Source: an uncultured Holophagales bacterium
Lineage (GTDB): Bacteria > Acidobacteriota > Thermoanaerobaculia > Multivoradales > UBA5704
Assembly (NCBI GenBank): GCA_963842525.1
Contig: CAWJGT010000009.1
Location: 1,248,001-1,312,000 of the forward strand
Length of the DNA stretch: 64,000 nucleotides
Direction of reading: 5' to 3'
Shown here: piece by piece, positions 1 to 10,182 of the stretch
Numbering within the stretch: the first letter of the stretch is position 1
How the letters are laid out: every line of letters begins with the position of its first letter
The notes under the pieces: generated by a model
The model's input: the letters and a program-made list of their open reading frames with translations, nothing else
Database searches by the model: none
What the model was told of the DNA's origin: nothing
Translations under genes and position numbers: made by a program

Positions 1-1340
1 CGAGGAGATCGCGGGCCCACTCCGTGGAGAGGATCGCTCCCGGCTCACCGCCGGGCTCGGCCGGTTGCTTGACCACGCCAGCGAGGCGCTTCCTGCCGCC
101 GGCAGAGACCACCGCCCTGAAATCGGGCCGCAGCCACCGGCGCTTCCGGAAGAGGAAAACCAGGGCCAGGACCGTCTGGAACAGCAGGAACAGCCCCAGC
201 GCCATCAACAGGACGAGGAGGGCTGTAGTAGCCGTCCCGGCCTCGCGGCGCCAAAGAGCGGAGGCGACCGCGGGAAGGGCGGCGGTCCCCATCTCCAGCA
301 GATGGAGCTTTTCCTGGCGAATCAGCAGCAGCTCCGCCCGCTCCTGGGAAGAGCGCGGACGGTAACCGGCGGCGGCCAGAGCCTCGGCCGCGAGCCGGCG
401 GCCGGGACCGGATTGCTTGCTGCGCCGCAGCAGGGCCGGGAAGGCGGGGGCGCCGATCCGGACGAGCGCCTGGACGGCAGTCGCCGCAGCGGGCTTATCG
501 AGCTGCTGGATCAAAGCGCTGATGGCGTTGTCTCCCAGAGCGCGCAAGGCCTTTACAGCCTCGTCCTGCAGCTCGGTATCCTGCAGACGAAACCCCAGGC
601 CCACGGCGGCCTTGGGGCTGCGGGTCTGGCCCAGCGCTGCGATGGCATCGCGTCTCCCCTCCACCGGCAGCGATGCATCGGCGGCGACGGCGAGAAGGCC
701 GTCCACATCGCGCGTCTGCCTCAGCCGCTCAACCCGGTCCGACAGCTCCTGGAGGCTCCCGCTGCTTCCTCTGCTCTTCGAGCGCCGCCTCTTGCTGCTG
801 CCGGGCCCGGGCCGCCTCTTCCTCCAACATCCGCTGGAAGCGGGCCTCTGGAGTCTCCTCGCCGGCCTCGGCAATGGATAGCAGGTTGCGCTCGAGGAGC
901 CCCGTCGCAGACAGAGGATCTGTGAGGTCCTTCAGCCCCTGCGCCAGGAACTCGGCAAGGGATGCATCGGAAAAGATCCTGGTCTGCGCCGCGAAGGTCA
1001 GCCGCGCCTTCCCCTCGAACTGCTTGTAAAGCCTGTTCTCGCCCGGGTAGGCGCTATCGAAGGTCTGAGCGAGCACGGCGGCGGCAAAGAGGAGCAACTG
1101 GGCCTGTGTCCGGTCCTCCTCGCCGGAGGAGCGGTGGAGGAGCACGGAGGTTTCCCGCAGCAGGTCGAAGAAGATTGCAGTCATCTCCTCCGAATTGCCG
1201 AGCACCACCATCCGCATGGCATAGATGTCCTGGCGCGACAAGGCCTCCGCGAACTCCTCGAACGCCGTGGCGCGCGAGCTCTGCGGAACAGCGAGGGCGA
1301 GAAGAAGTATGGTTCCGATGATCGTACGGGTCTGGCTCAT
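1..1340 (-). CDS. Secreted/membrane protein with HEAT-like helical repeats (frameshift near 755; runs off the window start)
   Basis: ORF 729..1340 has a signal peptide. An alternate frame continues open to base 1 with HEAT-like segments (RRDAIAALGQ, AVKALRALG, AVQALVRIGAPA) and a hydrophobic helix. Confidence 0.55.
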
Positions 1341-1434
1341 GTTCCGCTATAGACCCCGCCGTTCGGAAAAGTGGGTAGAGCCGGACCGCTCGGGATTGCC
1401 CGGGGCCACCCCCGGTGATAGCCTCGCCAGCCGC

Positions 1435-3108
1435 TTGGCCATACCCTCTCGCTTCACCGCCTGGGCCCTCGGGCTTGCATCGATCCTCGCGCTCGGCTGC
1501 GGGAAACAGCCGGCCGGGCCGGATGCGCCCGCTGCGCCGGCCCGGGGCGCGGGCTCGTCCAAGGTGAGGCCCATCGATGCCGACTGGGTGACGATCTACG
1601 ATCCGAAGCTCGCCTGGAACGGCTATACGCTCACGCTGCACGAGATCCGCATTCCGGTCCTGCTCGACATGAATGGGCGGCCGGTGCACAGTTGGCCCGA
1701 GGCGCGTCTCAAGACGCGGGTGCGCCTGCTCCCCGACGGCTCCATCCTCGGGATCGGCATGGGCCGGCAGGTCGTCGAGTATGACTGGGAGGGCCGGCGG
1801 ACGTGGGAATTCCGCACCACCGGCGCGATCCCGCACCACGACGTCCTCCGTCTCGCCAACGGCAATACGCTGGTGCTGGTCCTGAAGGACGGAGAGGGCG
1901 CCGACACGCTGTTCGAGGTCGACCGCGCCGGGCAGGTGGTCTGGACCTGGCGAGCGGCCGAGCGTCTCGGCGCGCTGATCCCGCCGCGGCCGGCGCACCC
2001 GAACGACATCACCCACATCAACTCGCTCCAGGAGCTTCCGGAAAACCCCTGGTACACCGCCGGGGACGCACGCTTCCGGCCGGGCAACCTCCTGCTCTCG
2101 GCGCGCAACCTCAATACCATTTTCATTGTTGATCGTCCGAGCGGCGAGGTCGTCTGGAGCTTCAAAGACGGGCTCGACCGGCAGCACGAGGCGCTGATGA
2201 ACGGTCCGGATCTGCTTGCGCCGGGCATGATCCAGCTCTTCAACAACCGGCTGCGGAGCTTCGCGAGCGATCGCCAGAGCGAGCTGATTGAGCTCGATCC
2301 CCGCGACAATTCAGCGGTCTGGAAATACCGGTCGCCCGGCTTCTTCTCACCAACCGGAGGCGTGCAGCAGGCGCTGCCCAACGGCAACGTCCTGGTCACC
2401 TCGACCCGGGGTGGACGGGTTTTCGAGGTCACGCGAGAGGGCGAGATTGCCTGGGAGTGGGTGCCGCCGTACGAGCCGGTGCGCGCCGTCCGCGTGGCCC
2501 CGGACGCCTGCCCCCAACTCGCGAAACTCGCCGCTCCGATCCAAACGGCCGTTGTGCCTCCGCCCGGCTACCGGTACGTCGACCGCGAGTCCTACCGTTT
2601 CGCCCGCCGGGGCTCCCGGATGAAGGCCATCGTGAGCGGCGAGCCGCGCATGGTGCTCAAGCAGGAGACCGACTGCCGCGATCTGGTGCTGCCGGCCACA
2701 GCCAGGCTCAGGGTCGGTTACGGCATCGACCGCGGGCGGCTCCGCGGTACAGGCAGGGCGGACCGGCCTCCCCGGTTCGCGGTGCGCCTGCGTCCCACCG
2801 GCGCGTCTGCGGAGATCGATCTCCTGCAGGATGCCGTGGGGTTGGAAGGTCCCGCGTGGCGGCAGCGGACGATCCCTCTCGACGCCTACGGCCTTCAATC
2901 CGTGAGGCTGTGCGTCGCGATCGACGGAAGCGAGCCTGGCGAGCGCTTCGCCTACTGGGAGCAGCCCCTGATCGCCGCTGCCGGCGACGCCCGTGTGAGG
3001 ATGGGGGAGGACGAGGACGACGAAGCCGCGCCCGCCCAGCACGACCTGAGCCCCGAAGAGCTGGAGGTCCGCCGCCGGCACCTCAAGGCGCTGGGCTACG
3101 CCGGGTGA
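1435..3108 (+). CDS. Arylsulfotransferase (ASST)-like beta-propeller lipoprotein
   Basis: Lipobox-like LALGC; motifs HHDVLRLANGNTL, THINSL, RQHEA, LPNGNVLVT; C-terminal LKALGY. The TTG start is an estimate. Confidence 0.7.
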   Translation: MAIPSRFTAWALGLASILALGCGKQPAGPDAPAAPARGAGSSKVRPIDADWVTIYDPKLAWNGYTLTLHEIRIPVLLDMNGRPVHSWPEARLKTRVRLLPDGSILGIGMGRQVVEYDWEGRRTWEFRTTGAIPHHDVLRLANGNTLVLVLKDGEGADTLFEVDRAGQVVWTWRAAERLGALIPPRPAHPNDITHINSLQELPENPWYTAGDARFRPGNLLLSARNLNTIFIVDRPSGEVVWSFKDGLDRQHEALMNGPDLLAPGMIQLFNNRLRSFASDRQSELIELDPRDNSAVWKYRSPGFFSPTGGVQQALPNGNVLVTSTRGGRVFEVTREGEIAWEWVPPYEPVRAVRVAPDACPQLAKLAAPIQTAVVPPPGYRYVDRESYRFARRGSRMKAIVSGEPRMVLKQETDCRDLVLPATARLRVGYGIDRGRLRGTGRADRPPRFAVRLRPTGASAEIDLLQDAVGLEGPAWRQRTIPLDAYGLQSVRLCVAIDGSEPGERFAYWEQPLIAAAGDARVRMGEDEDDEAAPAQHDLSPEELEVRRRHLKALGYAG

Positions 3109-3296
3109 GACAGACCTCCTCCCAAGATCCTCACCTGTCCGCCCATTCCGACGATGAGGACCGGTATCTGACAGTGGGCCGCTCGGTTCAAAGGCGACTC
3201 CTGATCGTAGCCCATACGGAACGCGGCAACCGCATCCGTATCATTAGTGCCAGGGAACTGACACGCTCTGAGAGAGAAGCCTATGAAGAAGGATGA
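3105..3296 (+). pseudogene. brnT: BrnT-family toxin, 5'-truncated fragment
   Basis: HSDDEDRYLTVGRS...LLIVAHTERGNRIRIISARELTRSEREAYEE matches the BrnT C-terminal half; no N-terminal half is seen. Confidence 0.7.
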
Positions 3297-3516
3297 GGAA
3301 GACGACGATCTCGAGCCAGAGTACGATCTTCGGACACTCTTGAAGGGAAGCGTACGAGGCAAGTATGCCGAGCGCTTCCAGCAAGGGACCAACCTGGTTC
3401 TCCTCGACCCTGAGGTGGCCGCGGCGTTTCCGAATCACCAGGCGGTCAACGACGCTCTGCGGTTGGTGATCCAGCTTTCCCAGATCACAGGGATCAACAA
3501 AAAGATGGCCACCTGA
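3283..3516 (+). CDS. BrnA-like antitoxin
   Basis: DLEPEYD...VRGKYA...VLLDPEVAAAFPNHQAVNDALR; overlaps the end of the toxin fragment. Confidence 0.75.
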   Translation: MKKDEEDDDLEPEYDLRTLLKGSVRGKYAERFQQGTNLVLLDPEVAAAFPNHQAVNDALRLVIQLSQITGINKKMAT

Positions 3517-3534
3517 TCCGCAGCAGAGCCTGCA

Positions 3535-4320
3535 TCAGAGCCGACGCTCCACCGCAGGCTGCGTCTTCACGCCGAGGAACGTCCCGCGTTCGTGGGACCT
3601 GTACGGTCCCTCCAGCATCGACTCCGCGATCTTGGGAGCCATGCCGTCGTACTGCTCCAGCACCAGGTCGAAGCCGGCGTCGTGGAGCGCCTGGAGGAGG
3701 TGCTCCCGGCGGATCCAGAAGGAGCGCCGGTTGTCCCACGAGGCCCAGCGCTTCGCCTCCCGGTCCTGGAATTCGCGGTCGTCCGCGAACTCCGTGAACC
3801 AGCGCCCCTCGAGCCCTTCGTTGACGTCCAAATCGGAAAGACTCAGCGCAGGGTTGGGCCTCTCCGTCGAGAAATGAGTGTTGAGGAGAAGGGCCCGCTG
3901 CGTCACGCCGGACAGGATCTCCAGGAACCGCCGCGGCCGGTCGAGGTGGTAGAAGAGGCCGCAGCAGAACACGGCGTCGAAGGTGCCGTAGCGGGCGATG
4001 TTCCAGGCGTCGTCCTGCACGAACTCCAGATGCGGCATGTCGACGCGCTCCTTGACATAGCGGCATGCGGCGATGTTGCTGTCGCGGACTTCCAGCCCGA
4101 GGACGCGGAATCCCATCCGGGCGAGCTCGACGGCATACCCGCCTTCGAGGCATCCCAGGTCGGCGAGCCGGAAACGGCTCTTGTCGCCGGGGAAGAGGGC
4201 GCCCAGGGCCCGCCGCGCCGAGGCGAGCCAGGGGTAGTTCTCCATCGACTCGGCCATCTCGGGCTTGGTGAAGCTCCCGTCGTCCAGGCGGATGTTGTGG
4301 GCGGTGAACTCGACGGGCAT
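3535..4320 (-). CDS. Class I SAM-dependent methyltransferase
   Basis: Motif I LADLGCLEGG; FDAVFCCGLFYHL. Confidence 0.85.
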   Translation of the reverse strand: MPVEFTAHNIRLDDGSFTKPEMAESMENYPWLASARRALGALFPGDKSRFRLADLGCLEGGYAVELARMGFRVLGLEVRDSNIAACRYVKERVDMPHLEFVQDDAWNIARYGTFDAVFCCGLFYHLDRPRRFLEILSGVTQRALLLNTHFSTERPNPALSLSDLDVNEGLEGRWFTEFADDREFQDREAKRWASWDNRRSFWIRREHLLQALHDAGFDLVLEQYDGMAPKIAESMLEGPYRSHERGTFLGVKTQPAVERRL

Positions 4321-4404
4321 TGCCGCAGGATGCTATGGGAGCACTCGATGGGGGTCAACGCGGGGGACGGCGGTGCGCGTCGTCCCCCGGGAGGTCTCCT
4401 GCCG

Positions 4405-4878
4405 CTACGGCGACTCGATGAAGAAGCCCACGACGTCCACGATGAGGTGGACCGAGCCCGAGGCGACCACGAACGGACGGAGGTTGATCTTGCCGTCGTT
4501 CGACAGCTCCACGATGGCGTTGTTGGCGAGGGTCGCTCCGGCGACGAAGTTGAGTGTGCTGGTGGGCGGCGGTTGCGCGAGGTCCGCCGCATAGACGGTC
4601 AGATGGCCTTGGCTGGTCGGCTGGGTGACCGTCACGTTGAGCACCACCGCGGTGGCCAGAGGTGACACGCCGCAGCGCGTGATCCCAACGACGTCGAGCA
4701 GCCGCGAGGTGTTGGCGCTGGGCGTGACCGGTCCGCCCGTCCAGCTCACCACCGGGCTTGCCTGCGACACGGTGCCCGAGGCGGGGGAGGCGGCGCGTGT
4801 TTGCGCGGGGAGAAGAAGACCGAGAAGGATGGAGAAAACACAGGGGAACGGGAGGAGCCGATGCAGGGTTGTGGGCAT
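4405..4878 (-). CDS. Small secreted protein; signal peptide joined to a C-terminal beta domain (possibly internally deleted)
   Basis: Signal peptide, then CGV...AVVLNVTVT...GHLTVYA...STLNF...ANNAIV...HLIVDVVGFF, a domain usually found at the end of larger secreted proteins. Confidence 0.55.
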   Translation of the reverse strand: MPTTLHRLLPFPCVFSILLGLLLPAQTRAASPASGTVSQASPVVSWTGGPVTPSANTSRLLDVVGITRCGVSPLATAVVLNVTVTQPTSQGHLTVYAADLAQPPPTSTLNFVAGATLANNAIVELSNDGKINLRPFVVASGSVHLIVDVVGFFIESP

Positions 4879-5042
4879 GCCTCTGATCCCTCCAAGATAA
4901 AAACGACCGGCAATCCCCCTTTGCAAGAAATCTTCCCGACCCTTGGTCTCATGAGCATGGCTCTATCGAGAGGGGTTCTACCGGATGGACAAGCCGCCCT
5001 TTTTGGGGGTACTCTGCCGCTCCATCGAACGAGGAAACACCC

Positions 5043-5324
5043 ATGCCCATCATGCGTTGGCTCCAGAAACTGTTCAGCTCCCGGCCGGCTCCGGCCGGCG
5101 TCGACCGCGAGGCGCTCAGGCGCAACGATCCCTGCTGGTGCGGGAGCGGCAAGAAATACAAGAAGTGCCACCTGGCGAAGGACTCGGCGGAGCGGATCGA
5201 GGCTGCCTTTGCGGCCCGCACCGCGGCCCAGAGGAAGGGCGGGGACGGCCTGACCCGCGGTGCCGCCAAGCCCAAGGCCCGCCAGCCCGAGGAGGCGAGC
5301 CAGTGGAAGGGGGGCAAGCGCTAG
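5043..5324 (+). CDS. SEC-C motif protein
   Basis: RNDPCWCGSGKKYKKCH; AGGA-like RBS upstream. Confidence 0.85.
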   Translation: MPIMRWLQKLFSSRPAPAGVDREALRRNDPCWCGSGKKYKKCHLAKDSAERIEAAFAARTAAQRKGGDGLTRGAAKPKARQPEEASQWKGGKR

Positions 5325-5347
5325 ACCGAGCCGGGAGACGGGACGAG

Positions 5348-6448
5348 GTGGCCGAGCGCGATTCCATCGAGATCGGCGGTGCGCCGGTCGTCACCCTCGC
5401 CAGGCCGGAGCCGCTGGACGCGAGCAGGCCCGCCTTTCTGAGCGCCCAGATCCTGCCGGGGCGCGGGATGATGACCCTCCAGATCCGCGCCCGCCTGCCG
5501 CGGCTCGGCGACGTCGACCTGCTCGCGGCGCCTCCTCTCGACAAGGTCCGTGAGATCCTGGACGACGGGCGGGAAGACTTCCCGGGCAACGCGTCCTACA
5601 CCATGGGCGGGGCGCTCCTCATCCCCTACGCGAACCGCATCCGCGGGGAGCCTTCGCCGGACGGAAGGACCATCCGCGCGGAGGTGCTCGGCCGGCCGGT
5701 TCAACTGCCTGCCAATTGGGGAGGGCGGAAGCCGGGCGCCGAGAGGTACGCGATGCACGGCCTCTTCCTTGCCTCCCGCGTCGATGCGCTCGTCCGCGAG
5801 ACCACGGAGGAGGAGGACCGCCTGCGGGCGTCCTTCCAGGCCGGCGACTTCGACCACCGCTGGCTGTCGGCCACCGACCTGTCGTTCGAGGACGTCCTGC
5901 GCAGCGAGTCGTTCATCCTCACGATCACCGCCAGGAACGTGGGCGGCGAGCCTCTGCCCATGGGAATCGGCTGGCACCCGTATTTTGTGATTCCGAGCGG
6001 CCGGCGGCAGCAGGCGCGGATGCGAATTCCGGCCCGCCGACGCACCGTGGTGAATGATTACGACGAGGTGCTGCCCACCGGCGAGGTCGTGCCGGTCGCC
6101 GGCACTCCCTACGACTTTTCGCCGCCCGGCGGCAGGCCGCTCGGCGGTCTCTTCCTGGACGACTGCTTCGTGGACCTCGAACGGTCGGCGGAAGGTCATG
6201 TGGTCGCGGAGATCGTCGATCCGGAAGCGTCCTATGGCCTGCGCATCGTGGCCGCCGCGCCGCACGTCAAGGCCATCCAGGTCTATGCCCCGCCGGATGG
6301 ATCGTTCATTGCTCTCGAGCCGCAATTCAACTGGGCCGACCCGTTCGGACCACAATGGGGTCCGGACGTCGATACCGGGATGGCGATCCTCGCACCGGGC
6401 GCGTCCGCCGTCTACTCCGTGCGTCTGGAGCTGTTCGAGCCTTCATAA
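5348..6448 (+). CDS. Aldose 1-epimerase family protein
   Basis: LIPYANRI, AMHG, GIGWHPYF, LDDCF and IALEPQ motifs. Confidence 0.85.
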   Translation: MAERDSIEIGGAPVVTLARPEPLDASRPAFLSAQILPGRGMMTLQIRARLPRLGDVDLLAAPPLDKVREILDDGREDFPGNASYTMGGALLIPYANRIRGEPSPDGRTIRAEVLGRPVQLPANWGGRKPGAERYAMHGLFLASRVDALVRETTEEEDRLRASFQAGDFDHRWLSATDLSFEDVLRSESFILTITARNVGGEPLPMGIGWHPYFVIPSGRRQQARMRIPARRRTVVNDYDEVLPTGEVVPVAGTPYDFSPPGGRPLGGLFLDDCFVDLERSAEGHVVAEIVDPEASYGLRIVAAAPHVKAIQVYAPPDGSFIALEPQFNWADPFGPQWGPDVDTGMAILAPGASAVYSVRLELFEPS

Positions 6449-6453
6449 AGCGC

Positions 6454-7914
6454 ATGGGCGAAAACGTTGTCATCCTCGGCGCCGACGCGGTGGGGACCTG
6501 CGCCGCCCTCGTTCTCAAAAAGATGGGTTTTGCCGTCGAGCTCGTCGACGCGGCGCCGGACATCCTGTGGGGCAACGCGCACGCGGCCTTCGTCCACCAG
6601 GGCGATGGCATTGAATCCTACGCGCGGGCCGATCGATCCGTCGGAAGATTCTGCATCGACGCCTCGTTCGTCAAGGGATTGCTCTATCCGCTGAGCGTCC
6701 TCAGGACACGCGTCTGCGACGCAAGCAACCCGATCCGTTACCTGGCGGCGAACGCCTCGCTGCTCGGCGCTCTCTACCGCAACGAAGAGCACTTGCGAGC
6801 GCATTTCGAGCGCCGGTTCGAGGCCGTGCGGAGCGCGACCGGATGGAGCGAGGAGGTGGCCCGCGAGGTCTTCCTGCGGGACCCGCGCTCCTTCTCGCAC
6901 CGTCTCGCACCGGCGGAGCACGCGGATGTCGGCGGTGTCGCCGGCGTCGCTGGTGGATGCGCCGGGTCGAGCTTCGGCGTCAACATGCCGCATTACTACG
7001 CCTTCCTCAAGGCTGCCCTGGCCGAGGCCGGCGTCCCGTTCCACCCCAACTCGGATGTCGAGGTCGTCGAGAAGGTCGGCACCCGCTATGTGGTCCATGC
7101 AGGCGGGCTGAGCTTGCCGGCGGACTACGTGCTGGTGACAGGCCATCGGACTCCTGACCTGGCCGCGCGGTTCCGCGGCGCGTCACTCGACCCGGGCTTT
7201 TCTGGCGTCTGTCTCGTCAAGAGCATGGTGCTTTTCCGGCTGCCCGCCACCGGCGATCCGGCGCAGCGGGCCGCCCTGCGGCACATCGATTTCCTGTTCG
7301 AGGGCGAAACGGTCCTGACGTTCTTCTGTGTCGTGCCGCCCACTGCAACCGAGGACGGGCTTGCCGCGGCGTATCCCCCAAGTGAAAGCGCGCCGCGCAG
7401 GATTCGTTTCGATCTTGATAACCCTCCTCCCGCGGGCTGGGACGATGTGGAGACTGCAAGTGAAGACCTCCGGGCGGAGGAGGTTCTCCGCGACCTCTCC
7501 AGGTTCTATCCCGCCCTGGCGGATGATGCCGAGCCCGCCGGAGCCATCTGGCGGCCCGTGGTCCACTTCCGCCCTCCAAGCAACGGCGCTTCCCGGTTAT
7601 TCCTTTCCAGCGCGGACCGGCGCGTCAGCCTGTGGGTGTCCCCCAAGTGGACCAACGCCGAGCTCGTCGCGCTCCTGGCCGTGGACCAGGTGTGCCGGCG
7701 CTTGCGCGGCAAGGGACTGCCTAAACGGGGGACGACCCGCTTCGGTCCCACCGGCCTGGATGTGGCGGAGATCGCCCAGCAGATCCACTTCCGGGACGTC
7801 CGGATGCGGGCCGAGGACGCGCGGCGGGAGAGGGGGAACGTGCCGGATGAAAGGGATAGAATCGATCAATTCTTCCGTCTTTTCCCCTCTCCCGCTTCGC
7901 GGGGGAGGGGCTAG
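6454..7914 (+). CDS. FAD-dependent oxidoreductase-like protein (divergent)
   Basis: Degenerate N-terminal Rossmann motif VVILGADAVGTCAALVL...VELVD. Confidence 0.5.
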   Translation: MGENVVILGADAVGTCAALVLKKMGFAVELVDAAPDILWGNAHAAFVHQGDGIESYARADRSVGRFCIDASFVKGLLYPLSVLRTRVCDASNPIRYLAANASLLGALYRNEEHLRAHFERRFEAVRSATGWSEEVAREVFLRDPRSFSHRLAPAEHADVGGVAGVAGGCAGSSFGVNMPHYYAFLKAALAEAGVPFHPNSDVEVVEKVGTRYVVHAGGLSLPADYVLVTGHRTPDLAARFRGASLDPGFSGVCLVKSMVLFRLPATGDPAQRAALRHIDFLFEGETVLTFFCVVPPTATEDGLAAAYPPSESAPRRIRFDLDNPPPAGWDDVETASEDLRAEEVLRDLSRFYPALADDAEPAGAIWRPVVHFRPPSNGASRLFLSSADRRVSLWVSPKWTNAELVALLAVDQVCRRLRGKGLPKRGTTRFGPTGLDVAEIAQQIHFRDVRMRAEDARRERGNVPDERDRIDQFFRLFPSPASRGRG

Positions 7915-7925
7915 GGGAGGGGGCT

Positions 7926-8687
7926 ATGCGAGTCGTCATCGTCACCGGTGGCGCTGCCGGAATCGGCCGCGCCACCGCCCGCCGCTTCGCCCGGGACGGC
8001 GCCCGGGTGGCGGTCTGGGACGTCAAGGCGGAGGACCCGGAGGCGCTCTGCGCCGAGCTGCGCGAGGCCGGCGGGGGGGCCGTGTTCCAGCAGGTCGACG
8101 TGACGGACGCGGCGGCCGTCGAAGCCGCGGTGGCCGCCGTGGTCGAGCGCTGGGGGCGGATCGACGTGCTGGTCAACAACGCCGGGATCGTGCGCGACGG
8201 CCAGCTCGTCAAGTGGAAGGACGGGCAGAAGATTTCCGAGATGAGCGAGCGGGACTTCGACGCCGTGGTCTCGGTCAACCTCAAGGGGGTTTTCCTCTGC
8301 ACACGCGCCGTGGCGCCGCACATGATCGCCGGCGGCGGCGGTGTGATTTTGAATGCCTCGTCGGTGGTCGGGCTCTACGGCAACTTCGGCCAGACCAACT
8401 ACGCTGCGACCAAGGCGGGTGTCGTCAACATGACCCGCACCTGGGCGCGCGAGCTGGGCCGGTACAAGATCCGGGTGAACGCCGTGGCCCCGGGGTTCAT
8501 CGCCACGGAGATGGTCCGGGCCATGCCTGAAAAGATCCTGAGCAACATGGTGGAGCACACGCCGATCGGCCGCATGGGGGAGCCGGAGGACATCGCCGAG
8601 GCCTATTTCTGGCTTGCCTCGGATGCCGCCGGCTTTGTCCATGGTACGGTCCTCTCCGTGGACGGCGGCCTGGTGATCGGTACTTGA
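7926..8687 (+). CDS. fabG: SDR oxidoreductase, FabG/acetoacetyl-CoA reductase-like
   Basis: TGGAAGIG, NNAGI, GNFGQTNYAATK, VAPGFIATEM. Confidence 0.8.
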   Translation: MRVVIVTGGAAGIGRATARRFARDGARVAVWDVKAEDPEALCAELREAGGGAVFQQVDVTDAAAVEAAVAAVVERWGRIDVLVNNAGIVRDGQLVKWKDGQKISEMSERDFDAVVSVNLKGVFLCTRAVAPHMIAGGGGVILNASSVVGLYGNFGQTNYAATKAGVVNMTRTWARELGRYKIRVNAVAPGFIATEMVRAMPEKILSNMVEHTPIGRMGEPEDIAEAYFWLASDAAGFVHGTVLSVDGGLVIGT

Positions 8688-9502
8688 GAGCCTTCACTCC
8701 CCGTGCGCCGGGCCTTCTGACCCACCGCGTCACCGGCCAGGGGGAGCCGTTGCTGCTGCTCAACGGCGCGCTGATGAGCATCGCGGCGTGGCAGCCGGTG
8801 GTGCCCGCGCTCGAACCTCTCTTCAAGGTCGTGCGCTGCGACTTCCGCGGGCAGCTCTTCTCGCCGGGCGAGGCCCCGCCGGACTTCGGCGCGCATGTGG
8901 CGGACGTGCTCGCGGTGCTCGACCATCTCGGGCTCGACCGGGTGCACGTGGCCGGCGTCTCCTTCGGATCGCTCGTGGCGCTGCGGCTCGCGGCGGAGCA
9001 TCCCGGCCGGATCGCTTCCGTGGCCGCGATCACTTCGACCGAGCGCATCAAGGACGAGACCTGGCGCGACCTCGACGAGCTGCGGGACGCCTGCAGGGCG
9101 GCCGCCGCCGGCGGCGACCCCCGGCGCATCTTCGACCTCACCCTCCCGATGTACAGCGCCGGCTACAGGAGCACGCAAGGCGAGAGCCTGGCCCTGCAGC
9201 GGGATTGGATCCAAGCGCTGCCCGAGGTCTGGTTCCGGGGGATCGCGGCCCTTCTTGCCGCGGTCGAGGGGCTCGACATGCGGCCCGACCTGCCACGCAT
9301 CCAATGCCCGGTGCTGGTCGTGGCCGCGGAGGAGGACACCACGTTCCCCCTGGAGCACTCGCGGGCGCTGGCCGGGGCGATCTCCGGGGCTCGGCTCGTG
9401 GTGGTGCCCGGCGTGGGCCACGGGATGGTCATCGAAAAGCCGGACCGCCTCGGCGAGATCCTCGCGTCCTTCTTCGGCCCGCGCCGCAGGGTCCAGGTGT
9501 GA
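8684..9502 (+). CDS. Alpha/beta hydrolase
   Basis: GVSFG nucleophile elbow, DFRGQ, C-terminal GHG. Confidence 0.85.
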   Translation: MRAFTPRAPGLLTHRVTGQGEPLLLLNGALMSIAAWQPVVPALEPLFKVVRCDFRGQLFSPGEAPPDFGAHVADVLAVLDHLGLDRVHVAGVSFGSLVALRLAAEHPGRIASVAAITSTERIKDETWRDLDELRDACRAAAAGGDPRRIFDLTLPMYSAGYRSTQGESLALQRDWIQALPEVWFRGIAALLAAVEGLDMRPDLPRIQCPVLVVAAEEDTTFPLEHSRALAGAISGARLVVVPGVGHGMVIEKPDRLGEILASFFGPRRRVQV

Positions 9503-9616
9503 CGGCGGTCCCTCGTTGGATTATGATTCCGGTGACCGGAGCATCTACAACACTGCTGGAGGAGTGACGCGGTCGGGCACCCTCTGCAGCCGCTCCCGAC
9601 CTCCAAGGAGGCTGCG

Positions 9617-10163
9617 TGACGAGGTGGTTGAAGCGGGTCCGCGCTACCAACTGGTCATCCCGGACCTGCCCGGGCACGGCGAGAGCGCGCCGCGGGAAGG
9701 GCCTCTGACCCTCCGGGGCGAGCTCGACGGCCTCGACGCAGCCATCCGCAAGCTCGAGGAGGGCGAGCGCGTGATCCTGATCGGCAATGCCTTTGGCGGC
9801 TGGCTGTCGCTCATCTATGCTCGCGAGCATCCGGAGAGGGTCGAGCGCCTGGTCCTGGTGAACAGCGTCGGCCTCTCCTTCGACGCCGCAGGGCTCGATA
9901 CCCTGCCGGAAAACCGGGAGCAGGCGCAACGCATGGTGCAATCCCTCGGCGACCCGAACGCACGGCCGGCTCCGGGCTTCGTCCTCAAGCGCGAGGTGAC
10001 TCTGCGCCTGCTCAACGGCCTGCCCGGCGCGCGCCTGCACATCCTTCCGCGGTGCGGCCACCTGCCGCAGCAGCAATGCACGGACGCCTTTCTGAAGACC
10101 CTCCTGGAGATCCTCGGCTCTCCGCCGCCGCCCATCCCGGAGCCGTTCTCCCCGGTTCCTTGA
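9617..10163 (+). pseudogene. Alpha/beta hydrolase fragment, a paralogue of 10183..11124 with deletions
   Basis: Shares LTLRGELDGL, YAREHPERVERLVLVNSVGLSFD and LPRCGHLPQQ with the next gene, but lacks the N-terminus and an internal block. Confidence 0.65.
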
Positions 10164-10182
10164 GCCCCTGTCGGTAGACCAC